Below are positions 25,025-38,295 of a stretch of 64,000 nucleotides of DNA, one piece after another (position 1 is the first letter of the stretch; every line of letters starts with the position of its first letter). Below the pieces are notes generated by a model. It had not been told where the DNA came from. It made no database searches and saw only the letters and a program-made list of their open reading frames with translations. Both the position numbers and the translations under genes were made by a program. The DNA comes from Mobula hypostoma (taxonomy: Eukaryota): assembly GCF_963921235.1 (NCBI RefSeq), contig NC_086097.1, forward strand, positions 108,316,001 through 108,380,000, read 5' to 3'.

Positions 25025-28000
25025 GATTAGAACCATAGAACATTACAGCACAGAAACAGACCTTTTGGCCCTTCTTGGCTGTGCCAAACCATTTTTCTGC
25101 CTAGTCCCACTGACCTGCATCTGGACCATATCCCTCCATACACCTCCCAAGTACCTGTCCAAGTTTTTCTTAAACGTTAAAAGTATTTACCACTTCATCT
25201 GGCAGCACATTCCACACTCCCACCACTCTGTGTGAAGAAGCCCCCCCAACTTTAAACTTTTCCCCCTTCACCCTTAACCCATTTCCTCTGTTTTTTTTCT
25301 CCCCTAGCCTCAGTGGAAAAAGCCTGCTTGCATTCACTCTATCTATACCCATCATAATTTTATATACCTTTATCAAATCTCCCCTCATTCTTCTACGCTC
25401 CAGGGAATAAAGTCCTAACCTATTCAACCTTTCTCTGTAACTCAGTTCCTCAAGTCCCAGCAACATCCTTGTAAACCTTCTCTGCACTCTTTCAACCTTA
25501 TTAATATCCTTCCTGTAATTTGGTGACCGAAACTGTGCACAATACTCCAAATTCGGCCTCACCAATGCCTTATACAACCTCACCATAACATTCCAACTCT
25601 TATACTTATACCTTGATTAATAAAGGCCAATGTACCAAAAGCTCTCTTTACGACCCTATCTACCTGTGACGCTGCTTTTAGGGAATTTTGTATCTGTATT
25701 CCCAGATCTCTCTGTTCTACTGCACTCCTCAGTGCCCTACCATTTACCTTGTATGTTCTACCTTGGTTTGTCCTACCAAAGTGCAATACCTCACACTTGT
25801 TTGTCTCCATGTGCCATTTTTCACCCCATTTTTCCAGCTGGTCCAAATCTCTCTGCAAGCTTTGAAAACCTTCCTTACTGTCCACTACACCTCCAATCTT
25901 TGTATCATCAGCAAATTTGCTGATCCAATTTACCACATTATCACCGGATCATTGATATAGATGACAAGTAACAATGGACCCAGCACTGATCCCTGTGGCA
26001 CACCACTAGTCACAGGCCTCCACTCAGAGAAGCAATCCTCCACTATTACTCTTTGTTTTCGTCCATTGAACCAATGTCTAATCCAGTTTACTACCTCTCC
26101 ATGTATACCTAACAACTGAATCTTCCTAACTAACCTCCCACGCGGGACCTTGTCAAAGGCCTTACTGAAGTCCATGTAGACAACATCCACTGCCTTCCCT
26201 TCATTCACTTTCCTGGTAACCTCCTCGAAAAACTCTAATAGATTGGTTAAACATAACCATAACCATATAACCATATAACAATTACTGCACAGAAACAGGC
26301 CATCTCGGCCCTTCTAGTCCGTGCCGAACTCTTACACATGACCTATCATGCACAAAGCCATGTTGACTCTCCCTAATAAGTCCCTATCTACCCAAATACT
26401 TGTAGATCCTATCTCTCAGTACTCCTTCCAATAATTTACCTACTACTGACGTCAAATTTACCAGCCTATAATTTCCTGGATTACTTTAGAGCCTTTTTAA
26501 AATAACAGAAGAACATGAGCTATCCTCCAATCCTCCGGCACCTCACCTGTAGACACCGACATTTAAAATATATCTGCCAGGGCCCCTGCAATTTCAACAC
26601 TAGTCCCCTTCAAGGTCCGAGGGAATACCCTGTCAGGTCCTGGGGATTTATCTACTCTGATTTGCCTCAAGATAGCAAGCACTTCCTCCTCCTCAATCTG
26701 TATAGGTTCCATGACCTCACTACTTGTTTGCCTTATTTCCATTGACTCCATGCCAGTTTCCTTAGTAAATACAGATGCAGAAAACCCACTTAAGAACTCC
26801 CTCATTTCTTTTGGTTCCATACATAGCCGACCACTCTGATCTTCAAGAGGACCAATTTTATCCCTTACTATCCCTTTGCTCTTAATATACCTGTAGAGGC
26901 TCTTTGGATTATCCTTCACCTTGACTGCCAAAGCAACCTCATGTCTTTCAGCCCTCCTGATTTCTTTCTTAAGTTTTTTTTTGCACTTTTTATACTCCTC
27001 AAGCACCTTATTTGCTCCGTTTCCTACACATGTCATACATCTCTCTCTTCTTCTTTATCAGAGTTCCAATATCCCTTGAGAACCAAGTTTCGTTATTCTT
27101 ATTCAATTTGCCTTTAATCCTGACGGGAACATACAAACTCTGCACTCTCAAAATTTCTCCTTTGAAGGCCTCCCACTTACCAATCACATCCTTGCCAGAG
27201 AACAACCTGTCCCAATCCACGCTTTTTAGATCCTTTCTCATTTCTTCAAATTTGGCCTTTTTCCAGTCTAGAACCTCAACCCGAGGACCAGATATATCTT
27301 TATCCATGATCAAGTTGAAACTAATGGTGTTATGATCACTGGAACCAAATTGTTCCCCTACACACACTTCTGTCACCTGTCCGAATTTGTTTCCTAATAG
27401 GAGATCCAATATTGCATCCTCTCTAGTTGGTATCTCTATATATTGATTTAGAAAGCTTTCCTGAACACATTTTACAAACACTAACCCATCTAGACCTTTA
27501 ACAGTATGGAAATCCAATCAATATGTGGAAAATTGAAATACCCTACTATCACAACTTTATGTTTCCTGCAGTTGTCTGCTGTCTCTCTGCAGATTTGCTC
27601 CTCCAATTCTTGCTGACTATTGGGTGGTCATATGTTTCCTGTTTCTCAGCTGCACCCATATGGCATCAGTAGACAAGCCCTAGCACTGCTGTAACATTTT
27701 CCCTGACAAGCAATGCCAACCCCCCCACCCTTTATTACTCTGCTTCTATCACGTCTGAAATATCAGAACCCTGGAACATTAAGCTGCCAGCCCTGCCCCT
27801 CCTGCAGCCAAGTTTCACAAATGGCTATAATGTCATAATTCCATGTGTCAATCCACGCCCTCAGCTCGTCAGCCTTCCCCACAATACTCCTTGCATTGAA
27901 ATAAACACACCTCAGAAGATTATTACCACCACACACAAACCTTCTTTTTGTGATTTTGCATAAACTTTTAACATCATTTATTTTTCACCCCCGCTCCACT

Positions 28001-28335
28001 ATCTGCTCTGGCACTCTGGTTCCCATTCCCCTACAAATCTAGTTTAAACCCTCCCCAAAAGCACTAACAAACCTCCCTGCAAGGATATTGGTCCCCTTGT
28101 ATTTCAGGTGTAACCCGTCTCTCTTGTACAGGTCCCACCTGCCCCAGAAGAGGTCCCAATGATCCTGAAATCTGAAACCCTGCCCCCTACACCAGTTACT
28201 CAACCACATGTTCATCCACCAGAGCAACCTATTTTTACCCTCACTGGCACATGGCACAGGTAGCAATCCTGAGATTACCACCCTCGAGGTCCTGCTTTTT
28301 AACTTCATACCAAGCTCTCTATACTCACTCATAGG
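25025..28335 (-). mobile_element. Long decayed CR1 (ORF1 esterase end, EN, RT, 3' UTR)
   Basis: VVISGLLPVP...DGLHL; ILDLLL...[20 protein letters not shown]; small extra CR1 tail inserted at ~26254-26335. Confidence 0.93.
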
Positions 28336-30271
28336 AAAACAATTGCTGTGGCTACTGTTAATGATGATGGCTTATTTATGGAACTAACTGAATTTTAGAT
28401 TTCCCAATTACTGTGGTGGCATGTTTGCCTACAGAGAGAATTGTGGAAATTAGATCACAAAGGATCCATTGTTCGAATTCTTTAACTGAAGCTATCTACA
28501 GTAATTCTATTTTCCTGCTGTTTCCCCAGAATACAAAAGGGCTTTTTGCATGTCATGTTAATGAGCACTTGGTCACACACCCTCTGTTTAAGACTCAGAA
28601 AACATGAAACTCATCGTATTTATTTTGCAGTTCTCCAAGAACAAATCATCCTCACTTGCATAATTTTCAGATCCCTATTCTGATATGCTTTTGTTTGTTG
28701 ATTGCCATAATCTGCTCTGTTTTTGAAATTTATTGAGAAAGGGCAGTATCCATTGAAGTGGTTATTTATTGTAAATTGCTTTGAAGTTAGGACAGGAATT
28801 GTTATAGAACAAATATTCTACATTCTGTGTTGGTCATACTATCTCTCTTAATCCCTCCCCATGGCCCTCCAGTGTCATTTTGACATTCATTCGCCGGCAA
28901 AGGAGACGCTGGAGATGGCTGTGTACACCTGGATTCCGTACTTGGTGGGGGGCTGGACCCTCCCATCAGTGCTGCCCTCCAGTGCTCATTCCTGGGAAGA
29001 TAAGCTGGATTGCATTTGACTGCGGCTGCACTTGAGTGAAATGAGCAACTGCTGCGGCTTGTTCTTGCAGAGGTGTGGTTCCAGGACAACACCCATGCAC
29101 CATCAGTCTGCAGGTCATGATTTATTTTTTCGTAACTGTATGCTGGCTTGGAATGTGTGGCGACATTTGTGGGCTGCCCCCAGCACCCTGGTTAACACAG
29201 ATGACTCATTTCATGTTTTGATGTACAAGTGATAAATAGACTTGAATCTAGCCCTTCTACAGAGCAGATTTGAAGAACTTGAGCCAAGCCATTGCTTGTC
29301 TTCGGGGAGGAATAGCCGGAAAGGATTATGGCCTGGAAAAGTACAGCTGAAGATGCAATCTCACCCCTCCAGAAGCAGCAGTTTTACTCCAGCCATACTT
29401 GAAAGTCTTTTCTACAGAATCTGCTTTGGCAATATCTCATCCCTAGGGAAAATTTAATTAAAAAGAAATTTTAAAAGAAAATTAAATTAGGTAGCCATAA
29501 ACGTGCAGTTCTAATTTGCTTTGAGATGGCTTGACTGATTCCTGTTTATTGGCAAATTAGGACTGTGAGATATCAGAGAGGCTGTTGATGTAGTTGCTTC
29601 TCATCTGCTTCCTTTGAAAGTAGTGTGCTGTCTAAGAATTTAGCTGCATCATCAAGATTGTTTAATACTGAAGAGAACAGAACCTTTGCAAGTCCTGCAC
29701 TTGGGTCATTCCAAGGTGTTTTGTAACTGCTGAAATACTTATTCAATCCTTTTGAACTAATGGAGAGTGCAGCTGCTTATTTATATAGTGCAAGCTTTTT
29801 CAGTGATTAACTATGTGATCACGACATCTATAAACACTGACCAGGACACTAAAGGGATTGGGGGAGCGAAGGAGACTCCCTCAGTTTTTTGTAAATATTA
29901 ACTTGCTTTACAATCACCTGAGTGTCCTTAATGTAATGTCACAACTGAAAAACAATTGCCCAGGAGTTGGAATGCAGTGCATTATTTATTGATCTTCCTT
30001 TGATCCTGGGAATTACTTAACCTTGAGCAAATTGCTAATTTGGACCATTTCTAAGTTAATCATAAAATTCAGTCAATCGCTTTTTGATTCAGACAAATCC
30101 ATCTGGCATTCTCTGTGGATGACAGCACACACCTAAAGACAACAGTCGTCATGCATTGTTTTTCAACTTGCTCATATAGAGTGCAGGTCCATATTGTGTA
30201 ACTCAATAGTTTTCTGCCATTTTGTTAAAAAAAAATCTACTATCTGCTGAGATCTCAGAATGACATTTAAA

Positions 30272-30524
30272 GGAACTTGTGCTTAATAACAGGGGTCTTC
30301 AGAAAACAGCCTCATATCTCATTGTAGTTTGCTCCTCCCACACCTACCAATGTGCTAAAAATTAGTTAAAATCTTGTCATAAATTTAGTTGGTAATTGGA
30401 ACCTATGCTTAATAACAGGGGTCTTCAGAAAACAGCCTCATATCTCATTGTAGTTTGCTCCTCCCACACCTACCAATGTGCTAAAAATTAGTTAAAATCT
30501 TGTCATAAATTTAGTTGGTAATTG
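30272..30524. repeat. 126-bp tandem duplication in unique sequence
   Basis: 30281-30398 identical to 30407-30524. Confidence 0.95.
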
Positions 30525-31404
30525 TATTATGCCTTTAGGAAGAGGGCTTTAGCCTTGTACTATAGGTGACTAAGGCTGAGTCAGGGATACTGGAAAGAAG
30601 CACAAGAGATGTGAAGACTCTTTAGTTAATGAGTTTTCAGATCCAATTTTATGCTCTCTGTGGAACAAGTTGTTCTCAGGTGGATTTTCTCAACATGAAA
30701 TGTAACATTCTGCACTGGGCCTAGACTGATCTCGTTGCAGAGGCCAAGGTATTGGATGCTCTCAATTTTGTAGTCTTAAGAATGTTCCAGGTAATGACTG
30801 CTAATTTATTTGTTATGCGATTTTCTTCCTACCATGGGATGATTGAGGACACTGATGCCCTCAGCTTGAGGAGAATAGCTTCATATCATGAAGAAATTGC
30901 ATGTCCTTGGATTTGCCACTGTTGAAAGCTGCCACTCCTCTGAATGGGGATATTGTCAGGGGAAACGAGGTTGATCCTGATACTCTGCAAAGAGGAAAGA
31001 TGATTGATTAGGAATGGCATCCTTAAGGGAGTAAGTGAACACAAATGTTCTGATACCTTTTCGCACATTTAAAAAGAATAAATGGGTTTACATTCCAAGC
31101 AGATCTTTGACAGTTTCTTGTCACCTGCATCAGGGACTTGCTGGCTGCTGTGTCCATGAGGAGTAGGACAATTTCCTCAGCGTTCAGATGCTGACGACTA
31201 GAGGTCTCCCATCCCTCTGATTGCTGGTGATCTATATCTAAAGTGAGAAGACATGGTATTATTTTTGCTGGAGGGTAGATGGGAGGGAATGGGCTGTGCG
31301 ATTATATAAGATATGAGGAACTCAACTTGATGTATTTTGAGGTTATTCTCTACAGTTTATTATCCAGGAGATGTTACTCATTGGCCATCTCCCTCAACCT
31401 ATGG

Positions 31405-32218
31405 CAAATACATTGGTTGTTTGTTGACTTCAGAAGGAGTAGCGGACCGCACAACCCAATTTAGATCAGTGGTGCGCAGGTGGAACAGGTCAAAAGCTTT
31501 AAGTTCCTCGGGGTCAATATCACAAATGACCTGACTTGGTCCAACCAAGCAGAGTTCACTGCCAAGAAGGCCCACTAGCGCCTTTACTTCCTGAGAAAAC
31601 TAGAGAAATCTGGCCTGTCCCCTAAAACCCTCACTAATTTTTATAGATGCACCGTAGAAAGTATTCTTCTAGGGTGCATCACAACCTGGTATGGAAGTTG
31701 TCCTGTCCAAGACCGAAAGAAGCTGCAGAAGATTGTGAACACAGCCCAGCACATCACACAAACCAATCTTCCGTCCTTGGACTCACTTTACACCGCACGC
31801 TGTCGGAGCGGTGCTGCCATGATAATCAAGGACATGATCCACCCAGCCAACACACATTTCGTCGCTCTTCCCTCCGGGAGAAGGCTCAGGAGCTTTAAGA
31901 CTCGTACGGCCAGATTTGGGAACAGCTTCTTTCCAACTGTGATAGGACTGCTGAACGGATCCTGACCTGGATCTGGGCCGTACCTTCCAAATATCCGGAC
32001 CGGCCTCTCGGTTTTTTTGCACGACCTTACTTTCCATTTTTCTATTTTCTATTTAAGATTTATAATTTTAATTTTTAATATTTACTAATTTTTACTATTT
32101 TTAATATTTTTAATATTTAATATTTGTAATCCAGGGAGTGGGAAGCTCAGAATCAAATATCGCTGTGATGATTGTACGTTCTAGTATCAATTGTTTGGCG
32201 ACAATAAAGTATGAAGTA
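31405..32218 (+). mobile_element. Young Rex1/Babar-type LINE 3' portion
   Basis: FKFLGVNI, HPANTHF..LPSGRRLRS...NSFFPTVIGLLN; AT-rich UTR ending AATAAAGTATGAAGTA. Confidence 0.88.
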
Positions 32219-32273
32219 TATCTTTGGCAGTCCTAATGCATTAGCCTCTCACTACATTAATTATCCGCATCAA

Positions 32274-32816
32274 GACTCAGTGGCCACGTCATTAGATGCC
32301 TCATGTACCTACTGAGCATATGTTTGTGGTCTTCTGCTGCAGTAAGCCCATCCACTTCAGGGTTCAACATATTGAGATGCTTTGCTGCACACCACTGTTG
32401 TAACACTTGGTTATTTGAGCTACCATAACCTTCCTGTCAGCTTGAACCAGTCTGACCATTCTCCTCCAACATATCTCATTAACAAGGCATCTTCGCTGAC
32501 AGAACCCCCACTCACTGGACGTAATTTTGTTTTTTTGTATCGTACTCTATAAACTCTAGAGAAAATTATGCATGAAAATTCTGAGAGATCTGCGGTTTCT
32601 GAGATACTCAAACTACCCCATCTGACACCATCAATCATTCCATGGTCAAAGTTATTTAGATCATATTTCTTCCCTATTCTGTTGTTTGGTCTGAACAGCA
32701 ATTAAACTTCTTGACCATGTCTGCTTCCTTTAATGTATTGAGTTGTTGCAACATGATTAGATAATTGCATTAATGAGCAGGTGTACAGATGTACCTAATG
32801 AAGTGACCACCAAGTG
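32274..32816 (-). mobile_element. Non-autonomous Tc1 element, third copy
   Basis: Degenerate TIRs at both ends; GKKYDLNNFDHGMI...SISETADL. Confidence 0.8.
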
Positions 32817-34737
32817 TATATCTCCATGTTCCCATTGGCCCTGCCCTGATTACCATGTAGCAATCTGTTAGCAGCTGGATGGAATTCACATTGTTGATAT
32901 CACTACTTGTGCTAGTTGCTGAATAAGAAACATTCAGTGTCAGGAACGCAGTGGTGGTTTTACACACTTTATTAGGAACCAATACGTCAATCCTTGGTGT
33001 AGGCGTGCCACTAGTTCTTTGTTTAGTGCGATGAAAACAGAACAGTTTTCAGGTAGACTTTAAGACATAACATATAGGAGCAGAATTTGGCTATTTGTCC
33101 ATTAAGTATGCTCCATGGAGAGGATGTTGCCATTTCAGGGCAGAGCCTCAGAGTAGACCAACATCCCTTTACAACAGAGATGAAGAGAATTCAATGCTTT
33201 TATCCTTGCACAAAAGTGCATGACCAAATGGTTACCTATGCTGTTTAATTACTAACTACATTGCTAATAATGCAATACTCCTTCAGAAAAGCCATATATA
33301 CTGAGATCTCAGATGTTGTTCCTGGGATTTGTTGGAGCCACTGTCCCAGGCCAGGTGTCACAGCTCCAAGTGCTCCTATCACCACTGGGATTACTCTAGT
33401 TTATCCCTGTACCTCCTTTCTTTCTACTCTTTCAAGCCCTGGTATTTCCAGCTTCTCATATTTTTTTCTTGGTGTTCAGGATTGCCACATCTATTGCTAT
33501 TGCTTTCTTCTGTTCCTTGTTCTGTATTTGGAAGTCCCACAGGATCTTAGCTCTGTCATTCTTCACTACCTTCTCGGGTATTTCCCATTTGAACTTGGGA
33601 ATGTCCAATCCATATCCAGCAGAGATGTTCCTGTACACAGTTCCTGCATTTTGGTTGTGCCGTTCAGTGTATACTGCCCACACCTGAATCTTGCACCCTG
33701 CTCCTATGTGCTAGATGGTTTCAGTGGAATCCTTGCACAGTCTGCATCATGGGTCTTGTCTGGTGTGATAGACCCTTGCTTCTATTGCTCTTGTGCTCAG
33801 CACCTTGAGCAGAGCCTCTGTGCTGTCCCTCAGCACTTCCAGCCATTGGTGGCACTTTCTTAAGTCAGCCACCTCTGGTATCTGGGGATGGTACATCCTG
33901 TGCAGTGGTTTGTCCTGCCATGACCTCTGGTCCTCTGGTTTTGTTTAACCCATTTCCATTTCCACGTCACCTGCCTTCTGTCTGAGGTATTCTCCTAGCA
34001 GGTCATCCTTAGGGGACATCTTCCTGACATACTCAATTGCATTTCTTCCACGACTGTGGCCTTGACACTGCAAGTCTCTGTTCTCCTTTATTCCGGTGGG
34101 TGTACAGTTGCTCAACATTGGACCTTGGAGAAATCCTCCAAGTAGTTTCCGGGTCTTGATGTCAGCGGCTTCCAGTTCATTCCTTGGCCAGGCACACTAT
34201 TGTGGCTAGGTATCTAGGTATCATGACTGGTAGGGCGAATGTGTTGATGGCTCTGATCTTGTTCTATCCCATTCATCTGCCTTTTTAGGACCTGCCTTAC
34301 TCTTTGGAGGTAATTGGATGTTGCAGCCTTCCTTATGTCCTCATTGTGGTTTCCATGCACCTGCAGGATCCCCAGGTATTTGTATATGTCCTGTACACCT
34401 GGTATGTGGCCTTCAGGTAACTCAGCTCCTTCAGTCCTGATGAGTTTGCCTCTTTCCACTACCATCTGGCTGCACTTTTCCAGTCCAAATGACACCTCGA
34501 AATCTCTGCTGTGCACCCTTCTCAGGTGGATTCAATGTCTTTCATTTCTGACATACGGCTTGATGTCATCCATATACAGGAGGTGGCTGATGGTCACTCC
34601 ACTCTTGATCCCATTCCCATATCCACTCTTAGAGATGATCTGGCTGAGGGGGTACAAGCCTATGCAGAACAGCAGTGGGAATCGTGCTGGTATATTCCAC
34701 ATCTGATGGTCACTTGTGCTACTGGCTTTGAGTTAAC

Positions 34738-34990
34738 TCTACTTCATACTTTATTGTCGCCAAATGATTGGTACTAGAATGTATAATCATCACAGCGATA
34801 TTTGATTCTGCGCTTCACACTCCCGGGATTACAAATATTAAATATTAAAGATATTAAAAATAGTTAAAATTAGTAAATATTAGAAATTTAAATTATAAAT
34901 CATAAATAGAAAATAGAAAAATGGGAAGTAAGGTAGTGCAAAAAAACCGAGAGGCGGGTCCGGATATTTGGAGGGTACGGCCCAGATCTG
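34738..34990 (-). mobile_element. Rex-type 3' UTR fragment, same family as 31405-32218
   Basis: Reverse complement of ~31965-32218. Confidence 0.85.
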
Positions 34991-35493
34991 GCATTGTCTT
35001 CCAAAAGCCCATTGAGATCTTGAAGAAGGTCCTTAGTGCTTGTTGACTTTCTACAGAGACAAGCATTCAGGGATCCATGTGTGGAGCGTTGAGTTGTATG
35101 CTTTCTTGTAGTTGAGCCAGGTTGTACTTATGTTGGTTTGCCTGGCCTCGGAGTCTTGCATAACTGCTTTGTCAAACAGGAGTTGGTGTTTGGAGCCTCT
35201 GGTTCCATTGACAATTACCCTTTGAGCAGAGCTCAGGAACTTACACACATAATCCTTCAGTTTGGGGGCTATGATGCCTGATAGGAGCTTCCATGATGTT
35301 GACAGGCAGGTTATAGGCATTTCCCGCATCTGCAGATTTTCTCTTGTTTGTTATAAGCCAGAAATTTGATGGTGTTGCTCCTTTGTGAGGATCTTTCATT
35401 ATGAGTAGTGTCCTTCCTTGAGTGAGCCAGTCAGGATGGGAGGCTGCTTCAAGCAGCGGGGTCATTTGAGCTGCCAGCCGTGTATGTAATGCT

Positions 35494-36941
35494 AACAACA
35501 GGAATTCTGCAGATGCTGGAAATTCAAGCAACACACGTAAAAGTTGCTGGTGAACGCAGCAGGCCAGGCAGCATCTCTAGGAAGAGGTGCAGTCGACGTT
35601 TCAGGCCGAGACCCTTCGTCAGGACTAACTGAAGGAAGAGTGAGTAAAGGATTTGAAAGTTGGAGGGGGAGGGGGAGATCCAAAATGATAGGAGAAGACA
35701 GGAGGGGGAGGGATGGAGCCAAGAGCTGGACAGGTGATTGGCAAAAGGGATACAAGAGGATCATGGGACAGGAGGCCCAGGGAGAAAGACGGGGGGGGGG
35801 GACCCAGAGGATGGGCAAGGGGTATATTCAGAGGGACAGAGGGAGAAAAAGGAGAGTGAGAGAAAGAATGTGTGTATAAAAATAAGTAACAGATGGGGTA
35901 CGAGGGGGAGGTGGGGCATTAGCGGAAGTTAGAGAAGTCGATGTTCATGACATCAGGTTGGAGGCTACCCAGACGGAATATAAGGTGTTGTTCCTCCAAC
36001 CTGAGTGTGGCTTCATCTTTACAGTAGAGGAGGCCGTGGATAGACATGTTAGAATGGGAATGGGATGCGGAATTAAAATGTGTGGCCACTGGGAGATCCT
36101 GCTTTCTCTGGCGGACAGAGCGTAGGTGTTCAGCAAAGAGGTCTCCCAGTCTGCGTCGGGTCTCGCCAATATATAAAAGGCCACATCGGGAGCACCGGAC
36201 GCAGTATATCACCCCAGCCGACTCACAGATGAAGTGTTGCCTCACCTGGAAGGACTGGTTGGGGCCCTGAATGATGGTAAGGGAGGAAGTGTAAGGGCAT
36301 GTGTAGCACTTGTTCTGCTTACAAGGATAAGGGCCAGGAGGGAGATCAGTGGGGAGGGATGGGGGGGACGAATGGACAAGGGAGTCGCGTAGGGAGCGAT
36401 CCCTGCGGAACGCAGAAAGATGGGGGGATGGAAAGATGTGCTTAGTGGTGGGATCCCGTTGGAGGTGGCGGAAGTTACGGAGAATAATATGTTGGACCCG
36501 GAGGCTGGTGGGGTGGTAGGTGAGGACCAGGGGAGCCCTATTCCTAGTGGGGTAGCGGGAGGATGGAGTGAGAGCAGATGTACGTGAAATGGGGGAGATG
36601 CGTTTAAGAGCAGGGTTGATAGTGGAGGAAGGGAAGCCCCTTTCTTTAAAAAAGGAAGACATCTCCCTCATCCTAGAATGAAAAGCCTCATCCTGAGAGC
36701 AGATGCGGTGGAGATGGAGGAATTGTGAGAAGGGGATGACGTTTTTGCAAGAGACAGGGTGAGAAGAGGAGTAGTCCAGATAGCTGTGAGAGTCAGTAGG
36801 CTTATAGTAGACATCAGTGGATAAGCTGTCTCCAGAGACAGAGACAGGAAGATCTAGAAAGGGGAGGGAGGTGTCGGAAATGGACCAGGTAAACTTGAGG
36901 GCAGGGTGAAAGTTGGAGGCAAAGTTAATAAAGTCAACGAC
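35494..36941 (-). mobile_element. Young 5'-truncated PLE (RT thumb, GIY-YIG endonuclease, 3' UTR)
   Basis: ORF 35919-36671 with PLVLTYHP, CKQNKCYTC and VIYCVRCSRCGLLYIGETRRRL...EH; 13-bp TSD TGT(A/C)TGTAATGCT at 35481-35493 and 36942-36954. Confidence 0.93.
35591..35626 (-). ncRNA. Minimal hammerhead motif of PLE, intact
   Basis: Exact reverse complement of 3615-3650. Confidence 0.8.
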
Positions 36942-37184
36942 TGTCTGTAATGCTGTTCGTTTCTTCAGCCAATAGGCGCTGGTGATATCCAGTTCTTCAT
37001 GCTTGCTACCTGTTGCTGGATATCTTCTGCTGTGATGGTGACTGGTTCTTCATCTGGGAGATTGCAGAGACTTACTTGTAGGTCTTTCAGCCATTGGACA
37101 CTCATGTTATGTGATGCTTCTTTCTCCCATATAGTTTTCCAGTACTCCTCTGTTGCTGTTTGGGTTAGTTCAGGTATAGGCATA

Positions 37185-38295
37185 TTAGAACATAGAAGAG
37201 TACGGCACAGTACAGGCCCTTCGGCCCACAATGTTGTGCCGGCCCTTAAACCCTGCCTCCCATATAACCCCCCCCCCTTAAATTCCTCCATATATCTGTC
37301 TAGTAGTCTCTTAAATTTCACTAGTGTATCTGCCTCCACCACTGACTCAGGCAGTGCATTCCATGCACCAACCACTCTCTGAGTAAAAAACCTTCCTCTA
37401 ATATCCCCCTTGAACTTCCCACCCCTTACCTTAAAGCCATGTCCTCTTCTATTGAGCAGTGGTGCCCTGGGGAAGAGGCGCTGGCTTCCCACTCTATCTA
37501 TTCCTCTTATTATCTTGTACACCTCTATCATGTCTCCTCTCATCCTCCTCCTCTCCAAAGAGTAAAGCCCTAGCTCCCTTAATCTCTGATCATAATGCAT
37601 ATTCTCTAAACCAGGCAGCATCCTGGTAAATCTCCTCCGTACCCTTTCCAATGCTTCCACATCCTACCTATAGTGAGGTGACCAGAACTGGACACAGTAC
37701 TCCAAGTGTGGCCTAACCAGAGTTTTATAGAGCTGCATCATTACATCGCGACTCTTAAACTCTATCCCTCGACTTATGAAAGCTAACACTCCATAAGCTT
37801 TCTTAACTACACTATCTACCTGTGAGGCAACTTTCAGGAATCTGTGGACATGTACCCCGAGGTTCCTCTGCTCCTCCACACTACCAGGTATCCTGCCATT
37901 TACTTTGTACTCTGCCTTGTAGTTTGTCCTTCCAAAGTGTACCACCTCACACTTCTCCGGGTTGAACTCCATCTGCCACTCCTCAGCCCACTTCTGCACC
38001 CTATCAATGTCTCTCTGCAATCTTTGACAATCCTCTACACTATCTACAACACCACAAACCTTTGTGTCGTCTGCAAGCTTGCCAACCCACCCTTCTACCC
38101 CCACATCCAGGTCATTAATAAAAATCACGAAAAGTAGAGGTCCCAGAACAGATCCTTGTGGGACACCACTAGTCACAACCCTCCAATCCGAATGTACTCC
38201 CTCCACCATGACCCTCTGCCTTCTGCAGGCAAGCCAATTCTGAATCCACCTGCCAAACTTCCCTGGATCCCATGCCTTCTGACTTTCTGAATATT
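37185..38295 (-). mobile_element. Young CR1 3' portion inside the R4 element
   Basis: [32 protein letters not shown]; one stop. Confidence 0.93.

Noticed and set aside
28860..29110. GC-richer island as a possible exon
   Set aside because: Translates to a decayed LINE endonuclease N-terminus (EDKLD...NCCGLVL.EVW).
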